Assembly: GCA_037969525.1 (NCBI GenBank) | Contig: JBBKXO010000099.1 | Span: forward strand, 1,610-25,609 | Direction of reading: 5' to 3' | Length of the DNA: 24,000 nucleotides | Origin: Burkholderiales bacterium | GTDB lineage: Bacteria > Pseudomonadota > Gammaproteobacteria > Burkholderiales > SG8-41 | Position numbers and translations under genes: made by a program | In this document: positions 1 to 9,608 of the stretch, piece after piece | How the letters are laid out: every line of letters starts with the position of its first letter | How positions within the stretch are numbered: the first letter of the stretch is position 1 | The notes under the pieces: generated by a model | What the model saw: only the letters and a program-made list of their open reading frames with translations | Told to the model about the DNA's origin: nothing | Databases searched by the model: none

Positions 1-683
1 TGTTGCTGGTGCAGGGCACCGCCGAACGCATCGCGGAACTCAAGGGTGGGGCGCAGCTGCTGGTGCTTGATGCTTCCATGGACTTGCCCAAAACCCAGCG
101 GGCGGGTGTGGCATTGCTGATCATGGGGTTGGTGGTGGTGTTTGCGGCAACAGGTACTCTGCCTATTTCATTTGCCGCGCTGGCAGGCATGCTGGCGATG
201 CTCGCGCTGCGTTGCCTGACGTGGGAACAGGCTGCAGCGGCATTGAGTACCCAGGTGATCATGATTGTCGCGGCCAGTCTGGCGCTGGGCCTGGCACTGG
301 AGCGCACTGGTGGGGCGCAGTACCTGGCGCAACTCTACGTAGCCCTGGCAGCGGGTTTTCCGCCGCTTGCCGTGCTCAGCGGCCTGATGCTGCTGATGGC
401 TGTGCTTACCAATATCGTGTCCAACAATGCCGCTGCGGTGATCGGCACGCCGATTGCGGTAAACATTGCGGCGCAACTGGGGGTTCCACCTGAACCCTTT
501 GTGCTGGCCGTTTTGTTCGGCGCCAACATGAGTTATGCAACGCCGATGGGTTACCAGACGAATCTGCTGATCATGAGTGCGGGCGGTTACCGCTTTTCGG
601 ACTTTGTGCGGGTTGGCATACCGCTGACCCTGATAATGTGGGGTGCTCTGACCGCCATGCTGGCGGTGACCTACAAATTGTAA
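1..683 (+). CDS. SLC13/DASS-type (citrate/sodium symporter-like) permease, C-terminal part, truncated by window start
   Basis: Frame-3 ORF open from the window edge. Begins with a TrkA_C-like end (LLVQGTAERIAELKGG) and then multiple hydrophobic helices with the MLAMLALRCLTWEQA and NIVSNNAAAVIGTPIAV motifs typical of SLC13 permeases. Confidence 0.82.
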   Translation, partial: LLVQGTAERIAELKGGAQLLVLDASMDLPKTQRAGVALLIMGLVVVFAATGTLPISFAALAGMLAMLALRCLTWEQAAAALSTQVIMIVAASLALGLALERTGGAQYLAQLYVALAAGFPPLAVLSGLMLLMAVLTNIVSNNAAAVIGTPIAVNIAAQLGVPPEPFVLAVLFGANMSYATPMGYQTNLLIMSAGGYRFSDFVRVGIPLTLIMWGALTAMLAVTYKL

Positions 684-705
684 GTGAGAGGCTGCCGGGT
701 GCCGT

Positions 706-2868
706 TCATGCGCCTGGGTGTTTGGTCGGGTTAGAAGCGTCGGACGGCGTCTCATTTCCAGAGGCGCGCAGTGGAAGAAATTTTTCGTCGAACGACGCAT
801 CATTCAGCCATTGCGAGATGGCTTCGAGCGCCATTTCCTCTGTGCGGAAAAAATTCTGTGCGCCGATTGTGCCGTAGAGTCCGGTTTTTTCCATGACGAC
901 CAGCACCTGACGCTTGAGTCCGCTGAACACCATGGTCACGCCGTTTTCCCGCAGCCGCTGCACCAGATGGCGGATCATGTCCTCCCCCGACGCGTCGAGT
1001 TCGTTGATGGCATCGCCGACCACGAGTATGTGCTTGGCCTCCGGGTTGTTTGCGACCTGTTCGAGTATGGTGTCTTCGAAATACGGCACATTGGCGAAAA
1101 ACAATGAACCGTCAAAACGGATGGCGATCATGCGCTCGCTCGTCGGCAGGCTGTACAAATGAGCATCACGCAATGTGCCGTCGGGGTGCCGTCCCAGCAC
1201 AACGATCCGCGGCCGCATCGTGCGGTAGAGATAGAGGATGATTGCCAGCGCTGCGCCGACGAGGATGCCGTTGTCCAAGTGTGGCGCGAAACTCAGCGTG
1301 GCAAAGAACGTCACCAGCGCAGCGATGCCATCGTGCCGGTGCGCCTGCCAGGCGTGCTTGATTGCCCGGAAATTCACCAGGTTGGACACGGCCAGCATGA
1401 TGATGGCCGCCAGCGCGGCCTGCGGCAGGTGATAGAGCAAGGGTGTAAACAGCAGCAGCGTAATCAGCACCAGCACTCCTGCAACAACTGAAGACAGACC
1501 AGTGACTGCGCCTGCAGACAGATTGACTGCCGAGCGGGAAAACGATCCGCTGACGGGGAAGGACTGAAATAACCCGCCGACGAGATTGGCCAACCCCTGG
1601 CCTATCAGTTCCTGGTCCGGGTTGATGCGTTGTTTGGTGCGGGTGGCCATGGACTTGGCGATGGATATCGCTTCCATGAATCCGATCAGCGCAATGACCA
1701 GCGCGGTGGGCAGCAGGGTGATGAGGGTATTCCAGTCGATGGCGGGCATCGTCGGATGGGGCAGGCCGGCCGGCACCATGCCAACGACCTCACCGCCGCC
1801 GCTCATCAGGATACGGTCGTTATCGATTTTCGAAATTACCCATCTACGCCCGTCCCTGACGGCGTCTGGTGGCGCAGTGCCGACCAGTTGAAAAGAGGTA
1901 TCCCCGTATTTGTATACGACGCCCTCAAAGCGGAACCTGCGCAATTCGGCGAACCGGATGCGATGCTCTGCCTCGACGGTGTTGATTTCCAGCCTGAGAA
2001 AATCGAGATCAGCATTGAGCATGATCAGTCGTGGATGATCGCTACCCTCCCTGGCGAGCAGCGCATCGATATCCGCTGATTTTCCGCTGGCTTCGGCTCT
2101 AAGGTCGCGGGCCCGCGCTGCCGTCGCGAGCAGCGAATCAATGACGTTGCGTACCTGCGGGTCGCGGAAATTATCGGCTGCCGCGGTGGTGTTGTGCTCG
2201 AAATTTAATGTCCAGCTGAGCAGGGTGGTCAGTGCGACGGCCATCAACACGCCCGGCCATGCCGGCCGGTAGCGGCGCACCAGCAGCATGATGGCCAGCG
2301 CCAGCAGACCCATCGCCAGGGTTGGCCAATGAGTGTCGCCAATACGCAGTATCACATCCCAGACATCGGCGAGAAAGCGGTCGGAACGCGCGCTGTGCAC
2401 ACCCAGCAGTTTGTTGAATTGCGACAGCGCAATGATGATTGCTGCGGCGTTGGTGAAACCGACAATAACCGGATGGGACAGAAAGTTGACGATGGCACCC
2501 AGGCGGAACAGTCCCATCGCGAGTTCCATGACCCCAACCATCAGTGCCAGTAGTATGGCCAGCGCAATAAACTGTTCGCTGCCGGGCGCGGCGAATTGTG
2601 CCAGAGCAGTTCCGGTAAGCAGGGAAACCATGGCCACCGGACCGGTGGCGAGCTGGTGTGATGATCCCCACATCGCGCCGATAATGACGGGCAGAAAGGC
2701 GGCATACAGGCCGTAGTAGGCCGGCAATCCGGCAAGCTGCGCATATGCCATGGACTGAGGGATCAGGACCATGGCAACGGTAGCGCCGGCGATCATGTCG
2801 GCACGCACAGCCTTCCGCCGTAACGGCAGCCATTGCAGGAATGGGAGCAGCCGGCGCGCGGCTTTCAT
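706..2868 (-). CDS. SulP family inorganic anion transporter with C-terminal STAS domain and a large insertion in the transmembrane domain
   Basis: 720 aa; motifs ADMIAGATVAMVLIPQSMAYAQLAGLPAYYGLYAAFLP, GLANLVGGLFQSFPVSGSFSRSAVN, C-terminal STAS-like IRFDGSLFFANVPYFEDTI...KHILVVGDAINELDASGEDMI. Confidence 0.93.
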   Translation of the reverse strand: MKAARRLLPFLQWLPLRRKAVRADMIAGATVAMVLIPQSMAYAQLAGLPAYYGLYAAFLPVIIGAMWGSSHQLATGPVAMVSLLTGTALAQFAAPGSEQFIALAILLALMVGVMELAMGLFRLGAIVNFLSHPVIVGFTNAAAIIIALSQFNKLLGVHSARSDRFLADVWDVILRIGDTHWPTLAMGLLALAIMLLVRRYRPAWPGVLMAVALTTLLSWTLNFEHNTTAAADNFRDPQVRNVIDSLLATAARARDLRAEASGKSADIDALLAREGSDHPRLIMLNADLDFLRLEINTVEAEHRIRFAELRRFRFEGVVYKYGDTSFQLVGTAPPDAVRDGRRWVISKIDNDRILMSGGGEVVGMVPAGLPHPTMPAIDWNTLITLLPTALVIALIGFMEAISIAKSMATRTKQRINPDQELIGQGLANLVGGLFQSFPVSGSFSRSAVNLSAGAVTGLSSVVAGVLVLITLLLFTPLLYHLPQAALAAIIMLAVSNLVNFRAIKHAWQAHRHDGIAALVTFFATLSFAPHLDNGILVGAALAIILYLYRTMRPRIVVLGRHPDGTLRDAHLYSLPTSERMIAIRFDGSLFFANVPYFEDTILEQVANNPEAKHILVVGDAINELDASGEDMIRHLVQRLRENGVTMVFSGLKRQVLVVMEKTGLYGTIGAQNFFRTEEMALEAISQWLNDASFDEKFLPLRASGNETPSDASNPTKHPGA

Positions 2869-2901
2869 TGCATGCAGCAGTATGCTTTTGGCATATGACG
2901 G

Positions 2902-4713
2902 TCAGGTAGTGAGCGGAGTTCGTGGCGTGCCATCGGGCAGATTGGTCTGGCATTCACGGAAAATGCGCAACTTGCAGTCCCTGCAGATTGCGGTGTCAAG
3001 CTTCGGGTAAATGGCGCTGACGGCGCGGAATTTAACCGGAAAGATATTTTCCTTCCCGATACCCTTCATGTAGCCACCGCGATCGAGAAGTTGAATGACC
3101 TCGTTTTTCAGGCGATAGAAGTAGAGGCCGCCACCTGTACGACGTCGGCGCTTGGCTTCATGAGTCAGCAGTTCAGCACCTGCGATGTCGACGAAATTGA
3201 TTCCGCTGGCGACTATTAATACGTGTTTCTGCGGAGTGCTTTCGCCGATCTGCTGCAGCACCTGTTGGGTGTGATCGACAGCGCCGAAAAAGATCGATCC
3301 GTTGATGCGCACACATTTGAGTTGCGGGCAATCCGGAAGGCCGGTGTCGGTGGCGTAGTGATAGGAGCCTTCGCCGGGGTCGGGTTTGACGTCGAGGACC
3401 AGCGGGTGTGAGGTCCGCTTCAGATACAACATCAGCGACAGCAGCACACCGGCGTAAATGGCGAATTCGAGTTCCACGAACAGTGTGGCCAGTATCGTGA
3501 TGATCAGCACCACTGTTTCCGCAATGCTGGTGCGCATGATGTTGCGCATTTGCGGAATGTCGACCAGGCCCCAGGCTACCAGGAACAGCAGGCCGGCCAT
3601 CGCCGGAACGGGCAGGTAGCGCACGAAAGGCGCTACCAGGAGCACGATCATCAGCAGGAAAAATGCCGACAGCACGGCGGCCATTGGGGTGCGGGCACCG
3701 GCCTCATAGTTCAGGCCGCTGCGGTTGAAGGAACCGCTGGAGGCATATGCCGAGAAAAAGCTGCCCGCTATATTGGAAAGACCCTGGCCGATGAATTCCT
3801 GGTTGCCGTCTATGCGTTGTTCGGAGCGCACCGCAATGGCGCGGGCGATCGATACGGCTTCTGTCAAACCCAGCATGGTCAGCGCTACCGCGATGGATGT
3901 GGTCTTGCGCAGCGCCTCCAGCGAGAAATTGGGGATGGAAAACTGCGGGAAAATACCGGACAGCGCCTTGACTGTAGCGATGTGCTGACGTGCATCCAGT
4001 TGCGGGATCAGGCCCAAGCCCCATGCATAAAGACTGCCAACCAGGAGGGCCACGATCATGTACGGGACTTTGCGGAAGCGCCGCTTGACGAAAACCCCGG
4101 TAAGCAACGTTATCATGGCGACTGATGAGGCATACCAGTCGATGTCGTTGAGGCCGGTGACCATCTGAAACAGAGTTTCGGCGAAGGAAATGCCGCGTTG
4201 CATCGGAATACCGAAAAAGTGCGGAACCTGCGTGCTGATAATCAGCAGTCCGGCCCCGGCGGTAAAGCCAAGAACCACGGTATGGGAAATGAAATTCACC
4301 AGCGCACCCATGCGCGCCAGACCCATGGCTAACTGGAAGACTCCGGTGAGGAAGGTCACCATCAGCACCAGCCGGATATATTCCGGCGTTCCGGGTTCCG
4401 CAACGCCGCTCATCGTTGAGTAAATCACGATGGAGATCGCCGTGGTCGGACCGGAAACCAGATGCCAGCTGGATCCAAACAGCGCCGCCACGACCGCCGG
4501 TATCATGGCCGCATACAGGCCGTATTCAGGCGGCAAGCCGGCTATGGTGGCAAAGGCGACGCCCTGGGGCAGGACGACAATCGCGCCGGTAAGCCCGGCC
4601 ATCGCGTCGGCGCGCAGCGTGTCGCGCTTGAGCATCGGCCACCAGCGCAGGAACGGAAATATCCGGCTGGCGTAGATCAGAAAGTCAGGCAGGGTTGGAG
4701 ATGGGAACTTCAA
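2902..4713 (-). CDS. SulP family inorganic anion transporter with STAS domain and Cys-containing C-terminal tail
   Basis: 603 aa; RADAMAGLTGAIVVLPQGVAFATIAGLPPEYGLYAAMIP, GQGLSNIAGSFFSAYASSGSFNRSGLNYEAGARTP; STAS region KCVRINGSIFFGAVDH...HVLIVASGINFVDIAGAELL. Confidence 0.93.
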   Translation of the reverse strand: MKFPSPTLPDFLIYASRIFPFLRWWPMLKRDTLRADAMAGLTGAIVVLPQGVAFATIAGLPPEYGLYAAMIPAVVAALFGSSWHLVSGPTTAISIVIYSTMSGVAEPGTPEYIRLVLMVTFLTGVFQLAMGLARMGALVNFISHTVVLGFTAGAGLLIISTQVPHFFGIPMQRGISFAETLFQMVTGLNDIDWYASSVAMITLLTGVFVKRRFRKVPYMIVALLVGSLYAWGLGLIPQLDARQHIATVKALSGIFPQFSIPNFSLEALRKTTSIAVALTMLGLTEAVSIARAIAVRSEQRIDGNQEFIGQGLSNIAGSFFSAYASSGSFNRSGLNYEAGARTPMAAVLSAFFLLMIVLLVAPFVRYLPVPAMAGLLFLVAWGLVDIPQMRNIMRTSIAETVVLIITILATLFVELEFAIYAGVLLSLMLYLKRTSHPLVLDVKPDPGEGSYHYATDTGLPDCPQLKCVRINGSIFFGAVDHTQQVLQQIGESTPQKHVLIVASGINFVDIAGAELLTHEAKRRRRTGGGLYFYRLKNEVIQLLDRGGYMKGIGKENIFPVKFRAVSAIYPKLDTAICRDCKLRIFRECQTNLPDGTPRTPLTT

Positions 4714-4735
4714 TTTTTTTTCCGATGCGACTGCT

Positions 4736-4799
4736 TTGATTATCGGTCATCGGCGCATTGATGGGAAATCAGGTGAATTTGATGGGCAATCAGCGAAAT
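4736..4799. repeat. Three iterated about 21-bp elements starting TTGAT; two are TTGAT-GGG(A/C)A-ATCAG imperfect palindromes
   Basis: TTGATTATCGGTCATCGGCGCA (4736-4757), TTGATGGGAAATCAGGTGAAT (4758-4778), TTGATGGGCAATCAGCGAAAT (4779-4799), in the divergent intergenic region. Confidence 0.6.
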
Positions 4800-4807
4800 T
4801 TTTGGGA

Positions 4808-4813
4808 TATAAT
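4808..4813 (+). promoter_or_regulatory. Candidate sigma70 -10 box (TATAAT) for the cytochrome c genes
   Basis: Perfect TATAAT 41 nt upstream of the ATG at 4855, with GAGGAAAG ribosome-binding-like sequence in between. Confidence 0.45.
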
Positions 4814-4854
4814 CCGCGTCCTGCATAGTCTGAAACAGAGGAAAGAGCGCCCTC

Positions 4855-5196
4855 ATGAAACGTTTATCTGCAATTTTCCTGAGTCTTGGTGTGGCGACAG
4901 GTGTGGCGTTGTCGGCCCCGGGCATCACCCAGGCTGCGGAAGGTAACCCGGCCGCAGGCAAGAACAAGACTTCAATGTGCGCCGGTTGCCACGGCATCCC
5001 CGGTTACAAAACTGCTTTTCCTGTCACTTACAGCGTACCCAAGATCGGTGGCCAGCATGCGGCATATCTGGTCAAGGCGCTGCAGAGCTACAAGAACGGC
5101 GATCGCTCGCATCCGTCGATGCGTGCAATTGCAGCAGGACTGACGGACCAGGATATGGCTGACCTGGCAGCGTATTACGCTGCAGCGTCAAAATAA
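4855..5196 (+). CDS. Monoheme cytochrome c (c553/c4-like), periplasmic
   Basis: Signal peptide, CAGCH heme motif, class I C-terminal region YLVKALQSYKNGDRSHPSMRAIAAGLTDQDMADLAAYYAA. Confidence 0.92.
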   Translation: MKRLSAIFLSLGVATGVALSAPGITQAAEGNPAAGKNKTSMCAGCHGIPGYKTAFPVTYSVPKIGGQHAAYLVKALQSYKNGDRSHPSMRAIAAGLTDQDMADLAAYYAAASK

Positions 5197-5215
5197 CGGA
5201 ACAGAGGGGAAACTG

Positions 5216-5536
5216 ATGAAGAAAATGCTGTGGATTGCCGGTTGTGCGGTGTTGCTCGCCAGCGGCTCGGCGCTGGCTGCGAATCCGGCTGCGGGCAAGG
5301 AAAAATCCAAAGTCTGCGCAGCCTGTCACGGACCGGACGGCAACAGCGCGGCACCGGATTTCCCCCGCCTTGCTGGGCAGAACTTTGATTATCTGGTCAA
5401 GGTCTTGTCTGATTACAAGGCCGGGGAGCGCAAGAACGCAATCATGGTGCCACAGTCCGCAAATCTTTCCGTACGGGATATCGAGGATCTGGCCGCTTAT
5501 TATTCGAGACAGACAGGACTTGTGGTCAAGTACTGA
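5216..5536 (+). CDS. Monoheme cytochrome c (c553/c4-like), periplasmic
   Basis: Signal peptide, CAACH heme motif, YLVKVLSDYKAGERKNAIM...LSVRDIEDLAAYYSRQ. Confidence 0.92.
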   Translation: MKKMLWIAGCAVLLASGSALAANPAAGKEKSKVCAACHGPDGNSAAPDFPRLAGQNFDYLVKVLSDYKAGERKNAIMVPQSANLSVRDIEDLAAYYSRQTGLVVKY

Positions 5537-5553
5537 GCCAATCTCAGGCTGGC

Positions 5554-5586
5554 AAAACCGCGCCCGACTTTCGGCGCGGTTTTTTT
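5554..5586 (+). terminator. Rho-independent terminator after the cytochrome c pair
   Basis: AAAACCGCGCC-cgactttc-GGCGCGGTTTTTTT: 8-bp GC-rich stem followed by a T run. Confidence 0.9.
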
Positions 5587-5596
5587 ACGCCGCGTA

Positions 5597-6229
5597 TTAC
5601 GCTGTTTTCCCGCGGAATTCACACAAATCGCGGATGAGGCATCCGCCGCAGCGCGGCTTGCGCGCCACGCACACATAGCGCCCGTGGAGGATCAGCCAGT
5701 GGTGGGCGTGCAGCTTGAATTCATCCGGGATGACTTTCAGTAATTTCTGTTCGACTGCCAGTGGCGTCTTGCCGGAGGCAATTCCTGTGCGGTTGGCAAT
5801 GCGAAAAATGTGGGTGTCTACCGCGATGGTGGGTTCGCCGAATGCGATATTGAGTACAACATTAGCGGTCTTGCGCCCGACTCCCGGGAGTTCTTCCAGG
5901 GAAGCGCGATCACGGGGCACAGTGCTGCCGTGCTTCTCGATGAGAATTTTGCAGGTAGCGAGTATATTTCTAGCCTTGGTGTGGTAGAGGCCAATGCGCT
6001 TGATATGAAGCTCCAGCCCCGCGGTGCCGAGCTTGAGCAGCGCCTGGGGTGTATTCGCAACCCGGTATAGACCGCGGGTGGCCAGATTGACGCTCTTGTC
6101 GGTGGCTTGTGCGGACAGGATCACCGCCACCAGCAGTTCAAATGGCGTCGCATATTCCAGTTCGCCGCGTGGCTCAGGATTCGCGGATTGGAAACGCTCG
6201 AATATGGCGTGGCGTTTGACGGGATTCAA
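5597..6229 (-). CDS. nth: Endonuclease III
   Basis: 210 aa; LLVAVILSAQATDKSVN, LEELPGVGRKTANVVLN, VDTHIFRIANRTG; C-terminal 4Fe-4S cysteines CVARKPRCGGCLIRDLC. Confidence 0.97.
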   Translation of the reverse strand: MNPVKRHAIFERFQSANPEPRGELEYATPFELLVAVILSAQATDKSVNLATRGLYRVANTPQALLKLGTAGLELHIKRIGLYHTKARNILATCKILIEKHGSTVPRDRASLEELPGVGRKTANVVLNIAFGEPTIAVDTHIFRIANRTGIASGKTPLAVEQKLLKVIPDEFKLHAHHWLILHGRYVCVARKPRCGGCLIRDLCEFRGKTA

Positions 6230-6302
6230 GGCATTCCTGAAGGACGTGGTTGAGTTGGTGCCAGGTGATTATAATGGGCTGAATTCTCAACCAGGATTGG
6301 CA

Positions 6303-6857
6303 ATGCTCAAGGTTGTGCGCAGATTATGCTGTGGGTTGCCCATGTTGCTGTGCCTGCTGGCAGTAATGGCCGGGCCGGCATTGGCGGAGCCGGTAACGGT
6401 AGAGCGTGACAGCGCACTGCGTGCCGAACCCCGCACGGACGCCGGCGTGGTTGGAAATCTGGCCAAGGGCGCTGCGGGTGATGCCGTTGCACGGCAGGGC
6501 GCCTGGGTACAGGTCAAGTCCGGTGCGATGACGGGCTGGCTCTATTCCTTCAACGTCCGGTTTGGCGCCGTTACCGCCGGCGCAGGTGAGGGATCAGGCG
6601 CAGGATCTGCACTGGGACGCGTGTTCGGACCGCGGCAGCGGGTGAATGTCACGGCCACCATCGGGATCCGCGGCCTCGACGAGGAAGATCTTAAGCAGGC
6701 GAAGTTCGACGCCGGACAACTCCAGGCCCTCGATGGTTTTGCCGCAAGCCGTGGACAGGCCGATGCGTATGCGGACCAGGCCGGCCTCAGCGCGAGTCAG
6801 GTCGAGTATCTCTCACAACCTGCACAGAGCAGCGGTGAAGCGGGGTCGTCGCAATGA
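6303..6857 (+). CDS. Secreted bacterial SH3 (SH3b-type) domain protein
   Basis: Within ORF 6024..6857; ATG at 6303 gives a signal peptide (LKVVRRLCCGLPMLLCLLAVMAGPALA) followed by an SH3b-like domain (LRAEPRTDAGVVGNLAKGAAGDAVARQGAWVQVKSGAMTGWLY). Confidence 0.78.
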   Translation: MLKVVRRLCCGLPMLLCLLAVMAGPALAEPVTVERDSALRAEPRTDAGVVGNLAKGAAGDAVARQGAWVQVKSGAMTGWLYSFNVRFGAVTAGAGEGSGAGSALGRVFGPRQRVNVTATIGIRGLDEEDLKQAKFDAGQLQALDGFAASRGQADAYADQAGLSASQVEYLSQPAQSSGEAGSSQ

Positions 6858-7831
6858 ATGCTGTGCCGCAAATGCTTGCACTTGTAGTGGCCATAACGCT
6901 GGGAATGTCCGCGGTCCCTGCAGTCTGGGCGCAATCAATCGACCTGAACCGGATATTCAGTATCGGCCGCGATGCAGTCACGGCAGTGGCAGGCGTCAGT
7001 GAAGAGGAAGAGTTGACCATGGGTCGCGAGATTGCGGGGCGCATGCTCGGCGCTGCGCCGCTGGTCAACGATGCTGCGCTGCAGAGTTACGTCAACCGCG
7101 TCGGACGCTGGATCGCGGTCCAGAGCGAGCGGCCCGAATTGCCGTGGCGATTTGCGGTAATCGACACGGCGTCCATCAATGCTTTTGCTGCGCCGGGTGG
7201 TTATGTGCTGTTGACTCGCGGTCTGTACGACATACTCGACAACGAAGCGCAGCTCGCCGGCGTGCTGGCCCACGAGATCGGCCATGTGGTGCGCCGTCAC
7301 CATGTGACAGTGATGCAGAAAAGTGCTGCGCTGTCGGCCGGTGCCCAGATAGCACAACGCGACAATCGCTCGGCGTTGGTGAACAATATGATCGGCACGG
7401 GTGCAGAGGTGTTCGCCCGCGGGCTCGACAAAAGCGCGGAGTACGAAGCAGACGCCATAGGCGTGGTGCTGGCGGCACGCGCGGGTTACAACCCGTTTGG
7501 TCTGATCGACGTATTGCACAAGCTGGCCGCCCGCGGTGCAGCGGATGGATCACTGGCGCTGCTGTTCAAAACCCATCCGCCGCCGGGTGATCGTCTGGGG
7601 CAACTGGGTGAGGCGCTGACGCCGCATCTGGCGCGGTTGCCGGCAGGGAAGAATCCGGATATACGCCGCGTCGCCGCCGGTGCAGGGCCAATGCGTGCGG
7701 CGCAGCCGCTACCGGCCGAGGGTGCGCGCGGCCTGACAGCCCAGCAACCCAAGGAACAACCACAGCCGGCGCAGCAACCCAAGGGCGGTCTCGATCCGGG
7801 GCAGTTACTGCGCGGCATCTTCGGCCGTTGA
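6854..7831 (+). CDS. M48 family zinc metalloprotease, exported
   Basis: HEIGH zinc motif in LAGVLAHEIGHVVRRH, downstream EYEADAIG, signal peptide; ATGA overlap with the upstream gene. Confidence 0.95.
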   Translation: MNAVPQMLALVVAITLGMSAVPAVWAQSIDLNRIFSIGRDAVTAVAGVSEEEELTMGREIAGRMLGAAPLVNDAALQSYVNRVGRWIAVQSERPELPWRFAVIDTASINAFAAPGGYVLLTRGLYDILDNEAQLAGVLAHEIGHVVRRHHVTVMQKSAALSAGAQIAQRDNRSALVNNMIGTGAEVFARGLDKSAEYEADAIGVVLAARAGYNPFGLIDVLHKLAARGAADGSLALLFKTHPPPGDRLGQLGEALTPHLARLPAGKNPDIRRVAAGAGPMRAAQPLPAEGARGLTAQQPKEQPQPAQQPKGGLDPGQLLRGIFGR

Positions 7832-7884
7832 GACGGCTGGGCCTGAATCGGTTAAGGCGAGTGCAGTAGCCCCGAAACTCGTAT

Positions 7885-8499
7885 TCAACGCTCTCTTTGC
7901 GCAAGGCGCGCCCGCGCTCTGTCCATTGCGCGCCTGATAGTCGCGCGTTTTCGTGCTGCCGCATCCGGTGCGTCGTTTTTGCCGTGCTGCTCCTTGCTGC
8001 GGTTAGTGGTGCGCTGCCGGTGTGCAAGGTAACGATCTTTCAGATAAGCAGCAGCCTTGCGCTGTGAAGTGCGGTCGCGCGGCGCCCCCGTCGCCACGAT
8101 GGCAATGCAATCAACCGGGCAGGGCGGTACGCACAATTCGCACCCCGTGCACTCCGCGGTGATGACGGTATGCATCAGCTGGCGTGCGCCGACTATGGCA
8201 TCAACCGGACAGGCGGCGAGGCACAGCGTGCAACCGATGCAGGCCGCTTCGTCAATAACTGCAACCGCGGGCGGCAGCGGTGTGCCATGGGCAGTATTCA
8301 ATGGCATGGCCTCGATGCCGAGGACGGTGGCAAGCTCGGCGATCAGCTCAGCGCCACCCGGCGGACATCGATTGATCGGTGCGGTGGCGGCAGCGACGGC
8401 TTCGGCATAAGGCCGGCAACCGCCATAGCCGCACTGACCGCACTGGGTTTGCGGCAGCAGTGCATCTATGGCGTCGGCCTGTGACGGAAGCTGATTCAA
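7885..8499 (-). CDS. RnfB-like ferredoxin-type electron transport protein (soluble form, lacks N-terminal membrane helix)
   Basis: Fe-S domain [19 protein letters not shown] and two ferredoxin motifs [16 protein letters not shown] and [16 protein letters not shown]. Confidence 0.9.
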   Translation of the reverse strand: MNQLPSQADAIDALLPQTQCGQCGYGGCRPYAEAVAAATAPINRCPPGGAELIAELATVLGIEAMPLNTAHGTPLPPAVAVIDEAACIGCTLCLAACPVDAIVGARQLMHTVITAECTGCELCVPPCPVDCIAIVATGAPRDRTSQRKAAAYLKDRYLAHRQRTTNRSKEQHGKNDAPDAAARKRATIRRAMDRARARLAQRER

Positions 8500-9608
8500 G
8501 ACAATGCTTGTTCCGGCCTGACGCAGGGGAGATCGAGGTCGAGTGCCAGTCCGGCGTGGGTGACGTTGCCGGCAAAAGTCTGCAGCCCCGCGGCCAGATG
8601 TGCGTCGTGCGTCACCGCGTCGCGCAGTCCGCGATTTGCGATTTCCAGCGCGTAGGGCAGCGTGGCCTGGGTCAGCGCGAGCGTGGCGGTGCGCGCGACT
8701 GCGGCGGGCATGTTGGTGACGCAGTAATGCACGATGCCCTCCTCGACATACAACGGTTCGGTATGGGATGTGGGGCGAGATGTTTCACAGATGCCGCCCT
8801 GGTCTATGGCGACATCCACGATCACCGATCCGGCGCGCATGCGTTTCAGATCGGCGCGTGTAATCAGGCGTGGTGCGCGGATGCCGGGCAATAGCACTGC
8901 GCCGATCACCAGGTCCTGGGCCGGCAACAGCGCGCGCAGTGTATTGGGCGTGGAAATTGCACTCTTGAGGCGCCCGTCAAAGATTATTTCGAGATGTCTC
9001 AGCCGCTCCGTACTGCGATCGAGCAGTGTGACATCGGCACCCAAGCCAATGGCGATACGTGCCGCGCTCTCGCCCACCGTGCCGCCGCCGATGATCAACA
9101 CCCTGCCGGGCAGCACGCCGGGCACACCGCCGAGCAACACGCCGCTGCCGCCATTGGCCATTTGCAATGCCCATGCACCGACCTGCGGTGCGAGCCGTCC
9201 GGCGATCTGGGACATCGGCGTCAGCAGCGGCAGGCTGCCGTGCGCGTCGGTGATGGTTTCGTAGGCGACGCAGGCCGCGCCCGCGGCAAGCATGGCGTCC
9301 AGCAGTTCGCGATCCGGTGCAAAATGGTGGTAGCCGTAGAGGATCTGGCCGGACCGGATCAGCGCAAACTCGCTGCGCTGGATCTCCTTGACCTTAATTA
9401 TCAACTCCGCGGCGTAGACATCTGCCGCGGAGGCGACGACCTTCGCGCCGGCCGCGCCGTAGGCATCGTCGTTGAAGCCGATGCGAACGCCCGCGCGGGT
9501 TTCGACCAGCACTTTATGTCCCGCTGCGACCAGTGTCTGCACACCGTCGGGTGTGGCGCCTACCCGGTATTCATGATTCTTGATCTCTCTGGGGATGCCG
9601 ATCAGCAT
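8496..9608 (-). CDS. ald: Alanine dehydrogenase
   Basis: [24 protein letters not shown]... ; [28 protein letters not shown]; NAD-binding [24 protein letters not shown]. Start placed at 9608 rather than the ORF start at 9638; 7-nt overlap with pyrD. Confidence 0.95.
   Translation of the reverse strand: MLIGIPREIKNHEYRVGATPDGVQTLVAAGHKVLVETRAGVRIGFNDDAYGAAGAKVVASAADVYAAELIIKVKEIQRSEFALIRSGQILYGYHHFAPDRELLDAMLAAGAACVAYETITDAHGSLPLLTPMSQIAGRLAPQVGAWALQMANGGSGVLLGGVPGVLPGRVLIIGGGTVGESAARIAIGLGADVTLLDRSTERLRHLEIIFDGRLKSAISTPNTLRALLPAQDLVIGAVLLPGIRAPRLITRADLKRMRAGSVIVDVAIDQGGICETSRPTSHTEPLYVEEGIVHYCVTNMPAAVARTATLALTQATLPYALEIANRGLRDAVTHDAHLAAGLQTFAGNVTHAGLALDLDLPCVRPEQALS

Noticed and set aside
2171-2953. 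260-aa minus ORF overlapping the first SulP gene
   Set aside because: Alternative frame of a clear transporter gene with biased composition; spurious.
4758-4793. Reading the TTGAT...ATCAG elements as canonical FNR boxes
   Set aside because: The spacer is 5 nt rather than 4 and the last base is G rather than A, so it is only FNR-like. Reported as an unassigned motif.
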